Shown: positions 19,343 to 30,499 of the stretch, in pieces
Layout: each line of letters begins with the position of its first letter
Numbering within the stretch: position 1 is the first letter of the stretch
NCBI GenBank assembly: GCA_965369375.1
Contig: CBDUQN010000005.1
Location: forward strand, 4,053 to 68,052
DNA from: an uncultured bacterium
Lineage (GTDB): Bacteria; Krumholzibacteriota; Krumholzibacteriia; Krumholzibacteriales; Krumholzibacteriaceae
Reading direction: 5' to 3'
DNA length: 64,000 nucleotides
Notes under the pieces: model-generated
Databases searched by the model: none
What the model was told of the DNA's origin: nothing
The model's input: the letters and a program-made list of their open reading frames with translations, nothing else
Position numbers and translations under genes: made by a program

Positions 19343-19771
19343 CTATCTTCCCCCGATCTTCAGTCTATCCTTGTCCTTGCCGATGATGAGTGTCGCATCT
19401 ACGAGCGGGCGTGCCTGGATTTGCTGAATAATCCTGTCCACACCGAGTTGACGGGCCAGTTTCTTCATCAGTTTGTCGTTGCCTTTGCGGTCTATCAAGA
19501 GGGATTCGTCGTAATCGTACCCCTCGGCATCGCCGACGATAAGCACATCGATTCCCATTTTCCGGAGTTCCGTCGCCGTTTTCATCGCGATCCCCGTCTC
19601 TCCGGTGCCGTTCATCACTTCAATCTGGAATGCGATCTCCCCTCTTCCCGATCCCCTCCCGATGTCAAGCCATCTGACTGCGAGCGAGAAGGCTATGACA
19701 CAGAATATAACGACGGTTACCGTCACGGGTGAGAAAAAGGCACCTTTTTTCTTCTTCTTTCTCTTTGCCAA
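19343..19771 (-). CDS. LytR_C-domain protein (cell envelope-related)
   Basis: N-terminal Lys-rich segment plus TM; the C-terminal region (QIEVMNGTGETGIAMKTATELRKMGIDVLIVGDAEGYDYDESLLIDRKGN) matches the LytR C-terminal domain pattern. Confidence 0.5.
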   Translation of the reverse strand: MAKRKKKKKGAFFSPVTVTVVIFCVIAFSLAVRWLDIGRGSGRGEIAFQIEVMNGTGETGIAMKTATELRKMGIDVLIVGDAEGYDYDESLLIDRKGNDKLMKKLARQLGVDRIIQQIQARPLVDATLIIGKDKDRLKIGGR

Positions 19772-19784
19772 TCAACGGCTCCCG

Positions 19785-20261
19785 TTACCTCAAAAACGCA
19801 GCGAGTCTTCGATAGCTCTCCTCCAGTTCCTCGGATACTACCCTCGTCTCCGCAATAGCAGTCATGAAATTAGTGTCGCCTCTCCATCGCGGGCAGAGGT
19901 GAAAGTGGAGGTGATCGACGATACCTGCGCCGGCGCTTGCGCCGCGATTGGCGCCGATATTCAATCCTTCGGGATGATACGCCTCATCGATCGCCGTTTC
20001 ACAAGCGGCGATCAATCCGAGGAATTCCTCTCCCGCCTCAGGGGATACCTCACTGAAACGCTCGATATGGCTGTTCGAAACAACCATGATATGTCCGCTC
20101 GTGTACGGAAACATATTCAGAATGACGAACCAATGAGAACCGCGCTTCAGTATGCCGACTTGCTCGTCATTTTCCTCTTTCCGTATGCTGCAAAAGAGAC
20201 AGCCCTCGTCCTTCGGCAGCGTAAAGTACCTGCTCCTCCAAGGCGCATATATTCTATCCAT
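19785..20261 (-). CDS. HIT family hydrolase/transferase
   Basis: Histidine triad DHLHFHLCPRW; 158 aa. Confidence 0.7.
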   Translation of the reverse strand: MDRIYAPWRSRYFTLPKDEGCLFCSIRKEENDEQVGILKRGSHWFVILNMFPYTSGHIMVVSNSHIERFSEVSPEAGEEFLGLIAACETAIDEAYHPEGLNIGANRGASAGAGIVDHLHFHLCPRWRGDTNFMTAIAETRVVSEELEESYRRLAAFLR

Positions 20262-21000
20262 TATCCGTCATCAACCTCTCTGCCGCTTTCAACTGATCCC
20301 GGTCATTGATTCCGAGAACCTCCTCACGCTGATCGCAGCGATATGCCGCTACGCGCTTCGATTGCTTCTTTAGAATCTCCATGACATCGGTGATATAATA
20401 CTCGCCCTGCACATTTCTTCGGTCGACCTTTTTCAGGGCGGCGAAGAAATCCCGACTCTCGAAACAAAAGATGCCGCTGTTGATCTCACAAATCTCTCGC
20501 TCCGAGTCCGTCGAATCTTTCTGCTCGACAATTCGAAGCAGCGTGCCGTCACTATCACGAATGATCCGTCCGTATCCGGTCGAGTCATCGAGTTCGGCGG
20601 TCAGGACGGTAGCGATGCAGCGTTGCTCCCGGTGAAACCCCAAGAAACGCGAAAGGGTTTCCGCCCTGAGAAGCGGCGTATCGCCGTTGAGCACCACGAT
20701 CGTCCCGGCATAGTCCTCGAGGAGCGGTTCGGCCATATCGGCCGCATGACCCGTACCGAGCTGCTCGGGCTGAAGAGCGAACTCCACGGAGTCGTTCTCG
20801 AGCTCTTTCTTCACCGCCTCGGCCTGATGCCCCACGATAACAACGATCCTCGACGGCCCGACTTCGCGAACAGCATCAACAACATAATGGATCATCGCCC
20901 TACCGTGAATCGTGTGAAGCACCTTTGCAAGGTTGGATTTCATTCTCGTTCCCTCCCCTGCGGCGAGTATCATTGCGATAAATTCCAAATCAGAATTCAT
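20254..21000 (-). CDS. Sugar-1-phosphate nucleotidyltransferase, GlmU N-terminal-domain-like (UDP-GlcNAc pyrophosphorylase) without the LbH acetyltransferase domain
   Basis: MILAAGEGTRMKSNLAKVLH matches the GlmU AAGKGTRMKS..PKVLH signature; only 248 aa. Confidence 0.6.
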   Translation of the reverse strand: MNSDLEFIAMILAAGEGTRMKSNLAKVLHTIHGRAMIHYVVDAVREVGPSRIVVIVGHQAEAVKKELENDSVEFALQPEQLGTGHAADMAEPLLEDYAGTIVVLNGDTPLLRAETLSRFLGFHREQRCIATVLTAELDDSTGYGRIIRDSDGTLLRIVEQKDSTDSEREICEINSGIFCFESRDFFAALKKVDRRNVQGEYYITDVMEILKKQSKRVAAYRCDQREEVLGINDRDQLKAAERLMTDNG

Positions 21001-21892
21001 ATCTGCTCCATTGGGGAAACTCCAGGAGAATCTCTTCCGCGCTGTTATCTGAAACGGCGAGTGCGATGTTATCTATCAACCGCGTGCCGCCGACCCGCCC
21101 GGCAACAGCGATCAGCAGCGTTCCGGTCGCGGTTTCCACCGGCCGCAGGCTTTCTCCGTCGACCACCTCCGCGTAATCGACATCTACGCCTGCGTCGATC
21201 ATCATATCGCGCATGAGGTTTCGAAGCACACCCACGTCACGCTCGCCTTCGCTGATCTTCCCGTGCACCGACACAAGAGCGCTGGAGAGCGCCGTCGCGC
21301 TCTTTCTATGCTCGGCGGTCAGGTACCGGTTGCGCGAACTCAAAGCGAGGCCGTCGGGTTCCCTTACCGTCGGTCCGAGAACGATTGCTACGGGAAAATC
21401 GAGATCCGCCGTCATTCTCTGAATGATAACCGCCTGTTGCGCGTCCTTCTGTCCGAAGAATGCTTTGTCGGGCTGAACCATGTTGAACAGTTTGGCAACG
21501 ATCAAGGCAACCCCGTGAAAATGTCCGGGCCTCGATGCCCCGCAGAGAGCGTCAGAGAGCTCTTCGATCTGAATCCTCGTGCGATCCCCCGGGGAGTAGA
21601 TGTCCGCGGCGGCGGGCACGAAAAGCAGATCGCACCCGAGTTTCTCAAGGATCTCCCGATCGCCATCCTCGTCGCACGGATACCGCACGAGATCTTCTCG
21701 TGGCCCGAACTGCTTGGGATTGATGAAGATCGATACAATCACGAAATCGGTTTGTTGACGGGCGAGGCGAACAAGACTCGTGTGACCTTCATGGAGGGCC
21801 CCCATCGTCGGCACGAAACCGATGCATTTTCCGCCGCGTTTCACATCACGCACAACACCGATAACCTCGGCGGGTTTCGTTACCGTTATCAC
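20990..21892 (-). CDS. panC: Pantoate--beta-alanine ligase
   Basis: PTMGALHEGHTSLV (HIGH-like) and FGQKDAQQ motifs. Confidence 0.85.
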   Translation of the reverse strand: MITVTKPAEVIGVVRDVKRGGKCIGFVPTMGALHEGHTSLVRLARQQTDFVIVSIFINPKQFGPREDLVRYPCDEDGDREILEKLGCDLLFVPAAADIYSPGDRTRIQIEELSDALCGASRPGHFHGVALIVAKLFNMVQPDKAFFGQKDAQQAVIIQRMTADLDFPVAIVLGPTVREPDGLALSSRNRYLTAEHRKSATALSSALVSVHGKISEGERDVGVLRNLMRDMMIDAGVDVDYAEVVDGESLRPVETATGTLLIAVAGRVGGTRLIDNIALAVSDNSAEEILLEFPQWSRYEF

Positions 21893-21895
21893 CGC

Positions 21896-22735
21896 TCACG
21901 CTTTCTTGGAATTGTCCTTGTCCCCGTTGGACGCCGAATAGCTGTGCTCCATATCAGGAAAGCGGCCGTCTTTTACCTCTTCTATGAACGATGTAACGGC
22001 GTCCTTCATTCTCTGCCCTATCTCATCATACTTCTTTACGAACTTCGGTAGCGGAGCATCGTGTATCCCGAGCATATCGTTGACGACGAGCACCTGGCCG
22101 TCACAGTGCGGCCCGGCGCCAATGCCGATAGTGGGTATGGTGAGAGCCTCCGAGATCCTCTGTGCCAGCTGCCATGGAATGCATTCCAGCACGATCGCGA
22201 AGCAACCGGCCCGCTCGAGGCTCAGAGCGTCTCTGTAGAGCCGATTCGCCGAATCCTCGTCCCTGCCCTGCACCTTGTATCCGCCGAACTGATACAGCGA
22301 TTGGGGGGTGAGTCCGAGGTGGCCGATAACCGGGATCGAGGCCTCCTGAATCGCTTCGACGACGGGGACGTATCGCTCTCCGCCCTCGAGCTTGACGCTC
22401 TCTGCGCCACCCTCCTTGACGAGACGCCCCGCATTTCGCACCGCATCCTCGATACTCGCCTGGTAAGACATGAAGGGAAGGTCACCGGCAACCATCGCTC
22501 TCGGCTTGGCCCTCGTCACCGCCTTCAAATGATGGATCATCTCGTCGACGGTCACGGGCAGGGTGTTTTCGTAGCCGAGCACCACCATTCCGAGAGAATC
22601 CCCGACGAGAATGAAATCCACGCCGGCAGCATCGAGTATCTTCGTTGAGAGAAAATCGTACGAGGTGATAGCGGCTATCTTCTCCCCCTTTTTCTTCATT
22701 TCGATCAGGGTGCTCTTGGTTACTTTCTTCTTCAT
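21896..22735 (-). CDS. panB: 3-methyl-2-oxobutanoate hydroxymethyltransferase
   Basis: ITSYDFLSTKILDAAGVDFILVGDSLGMV and GHLGLTPQS motifs. Confidence 0.85.
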   Translation of the reverse strand: MKKKVTKSTLIEMKKKGEKIAAITSYDFLSTKILDAAGVDFILVGDSLGMVVLGYENTLPVTVDEMIHHLKAVTRAKPRAMVAGDLPFMSYQASIEDAVRNAGRLVKEGGAESVKLEGGERYVPVVEAIQEASIPVIGHLGLTPQSLYQFGGYKVQGRDEDSANRLYRDALSLERAGCFAIVLECIPWQLAQRISEALTIPTIGIGAGPHCDGQVLVVNDMLGIHDAPLPKFVKKYDEIGQRMKDAVTSFIEEVKDGRFPDMEHSYSASNGDKDNSKKA

Positions 22736-22737
22736 TG

Positions 22738-23445
22738 TTATTCGTTCTCCAATGATGGAACGTAATACCGTGTTCCCTCGAATCTCTCGCTCATCTTGGA
22801 TAGAAGGTCATCGATATGTTCGATGTTCGTAGTGAAATCTATATTGTCCGTATTCACGATCAGCAGGGGTGACTCGCCGTAATGGAAGAAAAAGTGATTG
22901 AACGCTTCATTGAGGCTCAAGAGGTAATCCTCGTTGATCCCTTTTTCGAAGCTCCTCCCCCGCTTTATGATCCGGTGCAGCAATACCTCGGGAGACGCCT
23001 GCAGATAGACAACAATATCGGGGTTCACGATCTTCCCCTTGAGTATCGAATGAATCCTGTTGTAGAGGGCGAGCTCGTCGTCCCCGAGAACCGCATGGGC
23101 ATAGATCGAATCCTTGGCGAAGATGTAGTCGGCCACGATGAGATCGCTGAAGAGATCCTGCTGGGTGATCTCCATCTGCTGCCGGTAACGGCTCAGCAGA
23201 AAGAAGATCTGGGTCTCGAATGCATATCCGGCTACGTCGTTGTAAAATTGCTCGATAAACGGATTATCGTCCACCTCCTCGAGATAGAGCCGCGCTTCGG
23301 TTTCCTTGGCGATAAGACGCGCCAGAGTCGTCTTGCCGGCGCCGATGCTCCCCTCTATTGCGATATATCTGATGCGGTTGGATATCAATTCTTCCTTCAG
23401 GCCTTGCATGGCACTTACGGTAATTGAAAGGGGACGCGATGTCAA
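22738..23445 (-). CDS. Deoxynucleoside kinase family protein
   Basis: P-loop IAIEGSIGAGKTTLARLIA, DRY-like ERS motifs; 235 aa. Confidence 0.7.
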   Translation of the reverse strand: MTSRPLSITVSAMQGLKEELISNRIRYIAIEGSIGAGKTTLARLIAKETEARLYLEEVDDNPFIEQFYNDVAGYAFETQIFFLLSRYRQQMEITQQDLFSDLIVADYIFAKDSIYAHAVLGDDELALYNRIHSILKGKIVNPDIVVYLQASPEVLLHRIIKRGRSFEKGINEDYLLSLNEAFNHFFFHYGESPLLIVNTDNIDFTTNIEHIDDLLSKMSERFEGTRYYVPSLENE

Positions 23446-23476
23446 TATCTATCTAACTTTTTAATAATCAAGAAGT

Positions 23477-24013
23477 TCAAAAGGTGCAGCGGCGCGAGGA
23501 GACGAGTCTGACCCACTCCGGCCCCGAGCATTTTCCGAGAATCTCGTGAACACTCGCACCGTCCGGGGGCACGGCGATGGATCTGTCGATCTCGGCCAGA
23601 GGAACGAGGACAAAGAGGCGCTCTCTCAGCCTCGGGTGAGGAATCTCGATCCCGGCAGCGGTATAGCCGAGATCGCCGTAGAGAAGGATGTCTATATCGA
23701 GGGGGCGGTCCCGGACTCCCCCCCCCCGCTTTCTCCCCGAGCGCTCTTCGAGCTCTCTCAGTGTCTCGAGAAGCACCGGGGGCGAAAGTATCGTTTCGAT
23801 GATTGCGGCGGCGTTGATGAAGGTGCCGGTCAATCCCTCGCCGACCGGCGCCGATTCGTAGAGAGAGCTCACGCTGAGAACCGAAACCTCGGGCGCACGG
23901 CCGAGCCGGTGAACCGCCTCGAGGATGTTCTCTTCTCGAGCGTTCATATTGGAACCCAGCGACAGAGCCACCTGTCTATTCTCCGGCACGACGTTCGACG
24001 ACGACATCGACAT
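23477..24013 (-). CDS. folK: 2-amino-4-hydroxy-6-hydroxymethyldihydropteridine pyrophosphokinase
   Basis: LSLGSNMNAREENILEAVHRL...LYESAPVG pattern; ~170 aa. Confidence 0.75.
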   Translation of the reverse strand: MSMSSSNVVPENRQVALSLGSNMNAREENILEAVHRLGRAPEVSVLSVSSLYESAPVGEGLTGTFINAAAIIETILSPPVLLETLRELEERSGRKRGGGVRDRPLDIDILLYGDLGYTAAGIEIPHPRLRERLFVLVPLAEIDRSIAVPPDGASVHEILGKCSGPEWVRLVSSRRCTF

Positions 24014-24344
24014 GGGAAAGGCTGTTCGGAAAAGGAAGGGTCAATTTACGGATCGTCGTTTTTACCCGGTTCGCGGGAAAATTATCGAGTACGGCACGAC
24101 AAATCGCATCGGCGAGTGTCTCGAGAAGGTTGAAGCGGTTCTTCTCAACCGTTTCCATGACCTTGGCATAGACCCGTTCGTAGTTGACGGTATCCTCGAG
24201 AGAATCGGTCATGCAGGCCTTTGTGAAATCGTAATGAAACTCGACATCGAGCTCGAGTTTTTGTCCTATTTCCCGCTCCGTCGGTGAAACGCCGTAATAT
24301 CCGAAAACACTGATTCCCTTCAAGACGATCTTTTCCTCTAGCAC
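23976..24344 (-). CDS. folB: Dihydroneopterin aldolase
   Basis: 122 aa; the GISVFGYYGVSPTEREIGQKLELDVEF fold signature matches FolB; it overlaps the folK start. Confidence 0.7.
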   Translation of the reverse strand: MLEEKIVLKGISVFGYYGVSPTEREIGQKLELDVEFHYDFTKACMTDSLEDTVNYERVYAKVMETVEKNRFNLLETLADAICRAVLDNFPANRVKTTIRKLTLPFPNSLSHVDVVVERRAGE

Positions 24345-24355
24345 GCATACCTCCT

Positions 24356-25531
24356 TCAGGCGCTTTTAAAATTTCTGCTCGCGAAGGACTCGAGCTGTGC
24401 CCCCGCTTCGCGTATCGTCTCATCGTCGGTTGTTATGGAAAGCCTGAAATATCCCTCTCCGTGCTTTCCGAAACCGACGCCCGGCGTCGAGACGATTCCC
24501 GTTTCGGTGAGCAGAAGTTTGGAGAACTCGATCGAGCCCATCTCGCCCGGCGTCCTGATCCAGAAATAAAACGTGGCTTCGGGCACGGAGAACGAGAGGC
24601 CGCTTCGCTCGAGGCACCGGGCAAGAATATCCCGCCGCCGCCGGTATATCGCCCTGATCCGGCCGGTGATCTCCTTGAAATGATCCTCGAAGGTCACGGC
24701 AACCGCTTCCTGGATCGCTCCGAAAACGCCCGAATCGAGATTTGCCTTCAAGGCGCCGAGGGCGGCGATAACCTCCTTTGAGCCGATCGCAAACCCGATT
24801 CTCCATCCGGTTATCGAAAATGTCTTCGAGAAACTGAAAAGCTCGATGAACGGAATCGCGGCATCACGGGCAAGCGGAAAGAGCGGCTGAAACGGCTTGT
24901 CGTATGTTATTTCCGCGTACGCGGCGTCATTGACGAGAATGATTCCATGTTCGCGGCAATACGCGATCGCATCTTGGAACCTGTTCTCCCCCGCCATGAC
25001 CGACGTCGGATTGTTTGGGTAGTTCAGAAAGACGAGCTTTGCTTTGCGCGCGGCTGCGCGATCGATCGATTCAAACTCGGGCCAATAGCCGTTGCCCTCG
25101 GAAAGCGGCATCGTCACCGGGTCGGCGCCCGCGAAAACGGCCGAAGAGTTGTAAACTGGATAGCCGGGATCGGGAATCAGTACGGCATCACCGGGGTCGA
25201 CGACCGCCAGCGGGAGGTGACCTATCGCCTCCTTGCTGCCGATCGTCACGAGCACCTCACCGGACTCGAGCCGCGCTCCATGAAACGTATCCGCCCACCG
25301 GATGATCGCTTCCTTTAGAACGGGCAGGCCGAGGTCCGGCGGGTAGCGATGGAATTTCTCTTTCTCTATGGAGCGTTGAAATGACTCCAGCAGTTCGCGC
25401 GGCGCGCCGAGATCCGGATCCCCGATACCGAGATCGAGCACTCCGGCGCCGGAGCGGATATGGGATTCCTTCAACCTGTCTATCTCGACGAACAGATAGG
25501 GAGGAAGCTCCTCAAGCCTCTTTGATCGCAT
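24356..25531 (-). CDS. Class I PLP-dependent aminotransferase (possibly LL-diaminopimelate/aspartate aminotransferase type)
   Basis: N-terminal LPPYLFVEIDRLK; 391 aa; SFSKTFSITGWRIG (PLP-lysine region). Confidence 0.7.
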   Translation of the reverse strand: MRSKRLEELPPYLFVEIDRLKESHIRSGAGVLDLGIGDPDLGAPRELLESFQRSIEKEKFHRYPPDLGLPVLKEAIIRWADTFHGARLESGEVLVTIGSKEAIGHLPLAVVDPGDAVLIPDPGYPVYNSSAVFAGADPVTMPLSEGNGYWPEFESIDRAAARKAKLVFLNYPNNPTSVMAGENRFQDAIAYCREHGIILVNDAAYAEITYDKPFQPLFPLARDAAIPFIELFSFSKTFSITGWRIGFAIGSKEVIAALGALKANLDSGVFGAIQEAVAVTFEDHFKEITGRIRAIYRRRRDILARCLERSGLSFSVPEATFYFWIRTPGEMGSIEFSKLLLTETGIVSTPGVGFGKHGEGYFRLSITTDDETIREAGAQLESFASRNFKSA

Positions 25532-25565
25532 AGAGTGGATAATCCCCGATTTGTAATTTCCATCC

Positions 25566-27266
25566 CTACTCGTGGGAATAAAAGAGTTCTACCGCTCCAG
25601 CGTCACCGACGGGTATCGGTGCGTAGAATCCGCTGTTGTCGGCCTTGAAAACGATCCTCATCCAGGGATAATTCACGGGAGGTTCCCCATCCCATGAGAC
25701 CCTCGGTGTGGCGTAGAACCAGTCATCGTTAATCAGAGAATAAACGATAACCGAGGAGTAGGAGTCATTGAAACTCTTACCCTTTCGAATCATCCTGAAA
25801 ACGAGTTTGGGATCGTCTGAGTTTGGATCGGTGGACCAGTTCAAGCCAACGAAATCGTCGCTTGATTTTTCCTTGTAATACTTCTGTTTCACAATACCGA
25901 AGAGATCCGTGATTGCGACGCCGTCATCATTCACGACGGCACACGTATCGCCGCCGGGCGACCAGGCGAATTCGTAGATCTTGCCCAGCTCCTCGAACTT
26001 CAGCACGTATCCGAGCGGCAGTGTATCCGCATAGAAGAAACAGAGATTCCGGCCACCATCGATAAAACCGAGAATGTTTTTAGCCGGATCGGGATTCCAC
26101 TGGTAGATCGTTCTCTCCGAGACGCTTACATCGGCCTCTGAAAATATTCCATTGAATTCATCCACCATGAGAGCTCGCCGTTTCGACTTTTTAGCAACGT
26201 TCCCTTCTATGGGAACAAGACACGGCTCGAATGCGTCCGTCGTATCGACAAAGTAGACGACGTACCGTTCGTCGGGAGTAATCGTCGGCTTTATGTTATG
26301 ATAGTAACGGTAGAATGTCACGGTATCGACACCGAACACTACCTTCGTTGAATCGAGACTTTCCGTGAGCGTAATCCTCGTTCCCATGTTATTCCAGAAT
26401 CTGATATTGTAGAAGTCTTCCGTTCCATCGCCCGATTCACCTACAATATTCTCCATCCAGACAACCATGTCAGCGGTCGCGTTCCCCTGCGGATCGCGGT
26501 GCTGGTTTCTTCGCTGGTTGATTCCGAAATCGCTATCTTGCGAGATATTAACCCCAGTTCCGATGAAGTACGGAACCGACCATACATTCATCAGCTGCTG
26601 CCTCAAATTGCTGAAATAACGCGTTATCATAGAGCCGAGAATGACGTTTGAATAGTAGACTAAATCATCACCGCTATCGCAGTCGTGACAATCAGTGATT
26701 TTTAATGCGCCCCCCGCGGGAAGCACCCGGTACACATCGTAACCGATAAAGCTCAGGCTCTGAGGCGTGATGTCGGAGCCGACGAAGAACATCTCTTCAT
26801 TTCTGCCGACGAGATTTAGATAGAGGTTTACACGGAGACCGGTATTGACCCCGTCAAAATACCGCACACCGATCAATTTCACTATTCTGTCGGTCTTTCC
26901 GTCCACGGTGGCGACGGTCCCAACGCGGAAGACACCTGTCGTATCATTGGGCACCATCCAGAGAACGGAGATGCCTGCATTGGGGGGAATGTTATCTTCG
27001 GGGTCGGGATCGTAGAACGAGCCCACCTCGGCAAACCATTCATAGTGGGCCGTGCCTCCACCGGCAAATCCTTCGGCCTGAACCGTCAATGTGGTCAGCT
27101 GTCCCGGCGACGGTGCGAGAGGATTGCAGATTATGAGATTCGCTTCGATGCGGTAAGGAAGCTCCGGCGGCGCGACGGGTTTCTCGTCACACCCGGAGAG
27201 CAGGAAAACAGCGCTTGCCAACCCGAGAACAGCGGCGAGTACCAACAGTCTTTTCGACCGGTTCAA
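25566..27266 (-). CDS. Large lipoprotein of unknown function
   Basis: Lipobox LSGC after the signal peptide MNRSKRLLVLAAVLGLASAVF; 566 aa, no recognisable motif. Confidence 0.4.
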   Translation of the reverse strand: MNRSKRLLVLAAVLGLASAVFLLSGCDEKPVAPPELPYRIEANLIICNPLAPSPGQLTTLTVQAEGFAGGGTAHYEWFAEVGSFYDPDPEDNIPPNAGISVLWMVPNDTTGVFRVGTVATVDGKTDRIVKLIGVRYFDGVNTGLRVNLYLNLVGRNEEMFFVGSDITPQSLSFIGYDVYRVLPAGGALKITDCHDCDSGDDLVYYSNVILGSMITRYFSNLRQQLMNVWSVPYFIGTGVNISQDSDFGINQRRNQHRDPQGNATADMVVWMENIVGESGDGTEDFYNIRFWNNMGTRITLTESLDSTKVVFGVDTVTFYRYYHNIKPTITPDERYVVYFVDTTDAFEPCLVPIEGNVAKKSKRRALMVDEFNGIFSEADVSVSERTIYQWNPDPAKNILGFIDGGRNLCFFYADTLPLGYVLKFEELGKIYEFAWSPGGDTCAVVNDDGVAITDLFGIVKQKYYKEKSSDDFVGLNWSTDPNSDDPKLVFRMIRKGKSFNDSYSSVIVYSLINDDWFYATPRVSWDGEPPVNYPWMRIVFKADNSGFYAPIPVGDAGAVELFYSHE

Positions 27267-27404
27267 TGGTTACCTCCAACGTTGAGAGAGAGGATTGAAC
27301 GAGCAGATCATTTGCTTTCTTTCCTCGCGACCCGGTGATTTCCGGGCCTATAAAAATAAATCCCTTTCCTACAATAAAATATTAAGGTTTTAATCGTTTT
27401 TCAA

Positions 27405-27449
27405 GTGAATTTTAAAAAGGGCGCCCCGGGAACCTGCCCGGGACGCCCT
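27405..27449 (-). terminator. Rho-independent terminator downstream of groEL
   Basis: GC-rich hairpin AGGGCGCCCCGGG-aacctg-CCCGGGACGCCCT followed on the minus strand by a U-rich tract (UUUUAAAAUU). Confidence 0.5.
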
Positions 27450-27475
27450 CCAAAGGGCCATAAGCAAAGGATATG

Positions 27476-29122
<1,647 letters not shown>

Positions 29123-29150
29123 TCACTCCTTCCTTGCGATCATCAAACGG

Positions 29151-29438
29151 CTATACGATAGCCAGTATGTCGCTTTCCCGTAAGATGAGATGTTCCACGT
29201 TGTTTACCATGATCTCGGTGCCTGAGTATTTGCCGTAGAGGACCTTGTCGCCCTTTTTGACCTCGAGAGGCACGCGCTTTCCCGATTCCTCGTTCAAACG
29301 GCCCTTGCCGACGGCGATGATTTCGCCCTCCTGAGGTTTCTCCTTTGCCGTGTCGGGAATGATGATTCCCCCCTTCTTGACCTCATCTGGATCGATAGGC
29401 TTGACGAGCACCCTATCGGCGAGAGGTGTGATTTTCAT
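29151..29438 (-). CDS. groS: Co-chaperonin GroES
   Basis: 95 aa, [14 protein letters not shown]... Confidence 0.9.
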   Translation of the reverse strand: MKITPLADRVLVKPIDPDEVKKGGIIIPDTAKEKPQEGEIIAVGKGRLNEESGKRVPLEVKKGDKVLYGKYSGTEIMVNNVEHLILRESDILAIV

Positions 29439-29471
29439 TTTGAGCCTCCTTTCTCATTCTATTTCAAGGAA

Positions 29472-29498
29472 TTAGCACTCTATAGGTTAGACTGCTCA
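29472..29498 (-). promoter_or_regulatory. CIRCE-like (HrcA operator) element upstream of groES
   Basis: TTAGCACTC-N9-GACTGCTCA versus the CIRCE consensus TTAGCACTC-N9-GAGTGCTAA. Left arm perfect, right arm 6/9. Lies in the AT-rich leader 35-60 nt upstream of the groES start. Confidence 0.45.
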
Positions 29499-29722
29499 CT
29501 GTTTAATCAATATATTTATAAGTATTCGAAAAGGCAAAATTAATTATCAGGCGAATAGCGGCAAATATGTAACTAATAAGATAGTATTAGTAACTTGAGA
29601 CACTTTTTCTTAATTGTTCTGAGTTAATCGGCTGTTTTTATCGAATTTCGCCGCGTTCGGAATTGCAGTAGCGCGGTAATTGGATCATGTGCCGGGATTA
29701 CTGGCTGGCTGGTAATGACGCA

Positions 29723-30466
29723 TTAGCCTGAATTGCATTCCAGAAGATAGTGGAGCCCTTTTAAATTCAGGTCGGGCTCGAGCAGGACGGGTTGGGCGAG
29801 ATGCGTCGCTACGGTGTCGGCCCAACCACCCGTAACGATGACCTGAACGTTCGGTGAGAGAACGGCAACCGATTGTGCAATAAGCTCTTTTACCGCACCG
29901 ACGTGCCCCCACTTCAATCCGCAGGCGATCGCCGCTCTCGTATTGATGCCGGGGATGGCGCAACTATGCTCCCCGGGCGATATCTCGGGAAGCGACGCGG
30001 TACCGTCACCGAGGGAGCGTGCCAGCAGATCCAATCCTGGAAATATCGAGCCGCCGATAAATCCTCCCTCTGAGAGCAGATCAACGGTAACCGCCGTTCC
30101 CGCATCGACGATGACCGCTTCGCGGTGCCCGAGGGCGAACGCTCCGGCTGCAGCGCAGATCCGATCGGGCCCCACGCCGTCGGGGAACTCGACGCGCATC
30201 TCGAACGGCAGGACGATGCGTGCCCCCGCTTCGAGAACCCGCTCGACGCGCAGAGATCCAAGCGCGCGGCGAAACCACTCCGTCCATTCCGGCACGACAC
30301 TCGAAAAGGCGACCCTCGCCGGCCGCACTTCTTCGATAGCGCCCGTCACCATCTCACGCGAGGCCTCACCGATCGCATACCACCTCCGCGATATCGTCCC
30401 CCGCTCGAATTCCGCGATTCTACACGACTGATTGCCCTTATCGATCACGAGCACGCCGCTCATCAT
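29723..30466 (-). CDS. coaX: Type III pantothenate kinase
   Basis: 247 aa; N-terminal VLVIDKGNQSCRIA and the acetate/sugar kinase fold pattern. Confidence 0.8.
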   Translation of the reverse strand: MMSGVLVIDKGNQSCRIAEFERGTISRRWYAIGEASREMVTGAIEEVRPARVAFSSVVPEWTEWFRRALGSLRVERVLEAGARIVLPFEMRVEFPDGVGPDRICAAAGAFALGHREAVIVDAGTAVTVDLLSEGGFIGGSIFPGLDLLARSLGDGTASLPEISPGEHSCAIPGINTRAAIACGLKWGHVGAVKELIAQSVAVLSPNVQVIVTGGWADTVATHLAQPVLLEPDLNLKGLHYLLECNSG

Positions 30467-30499
30467 AAGATCGCTCCTCCAGAAGCATGCCGTTTGCCT

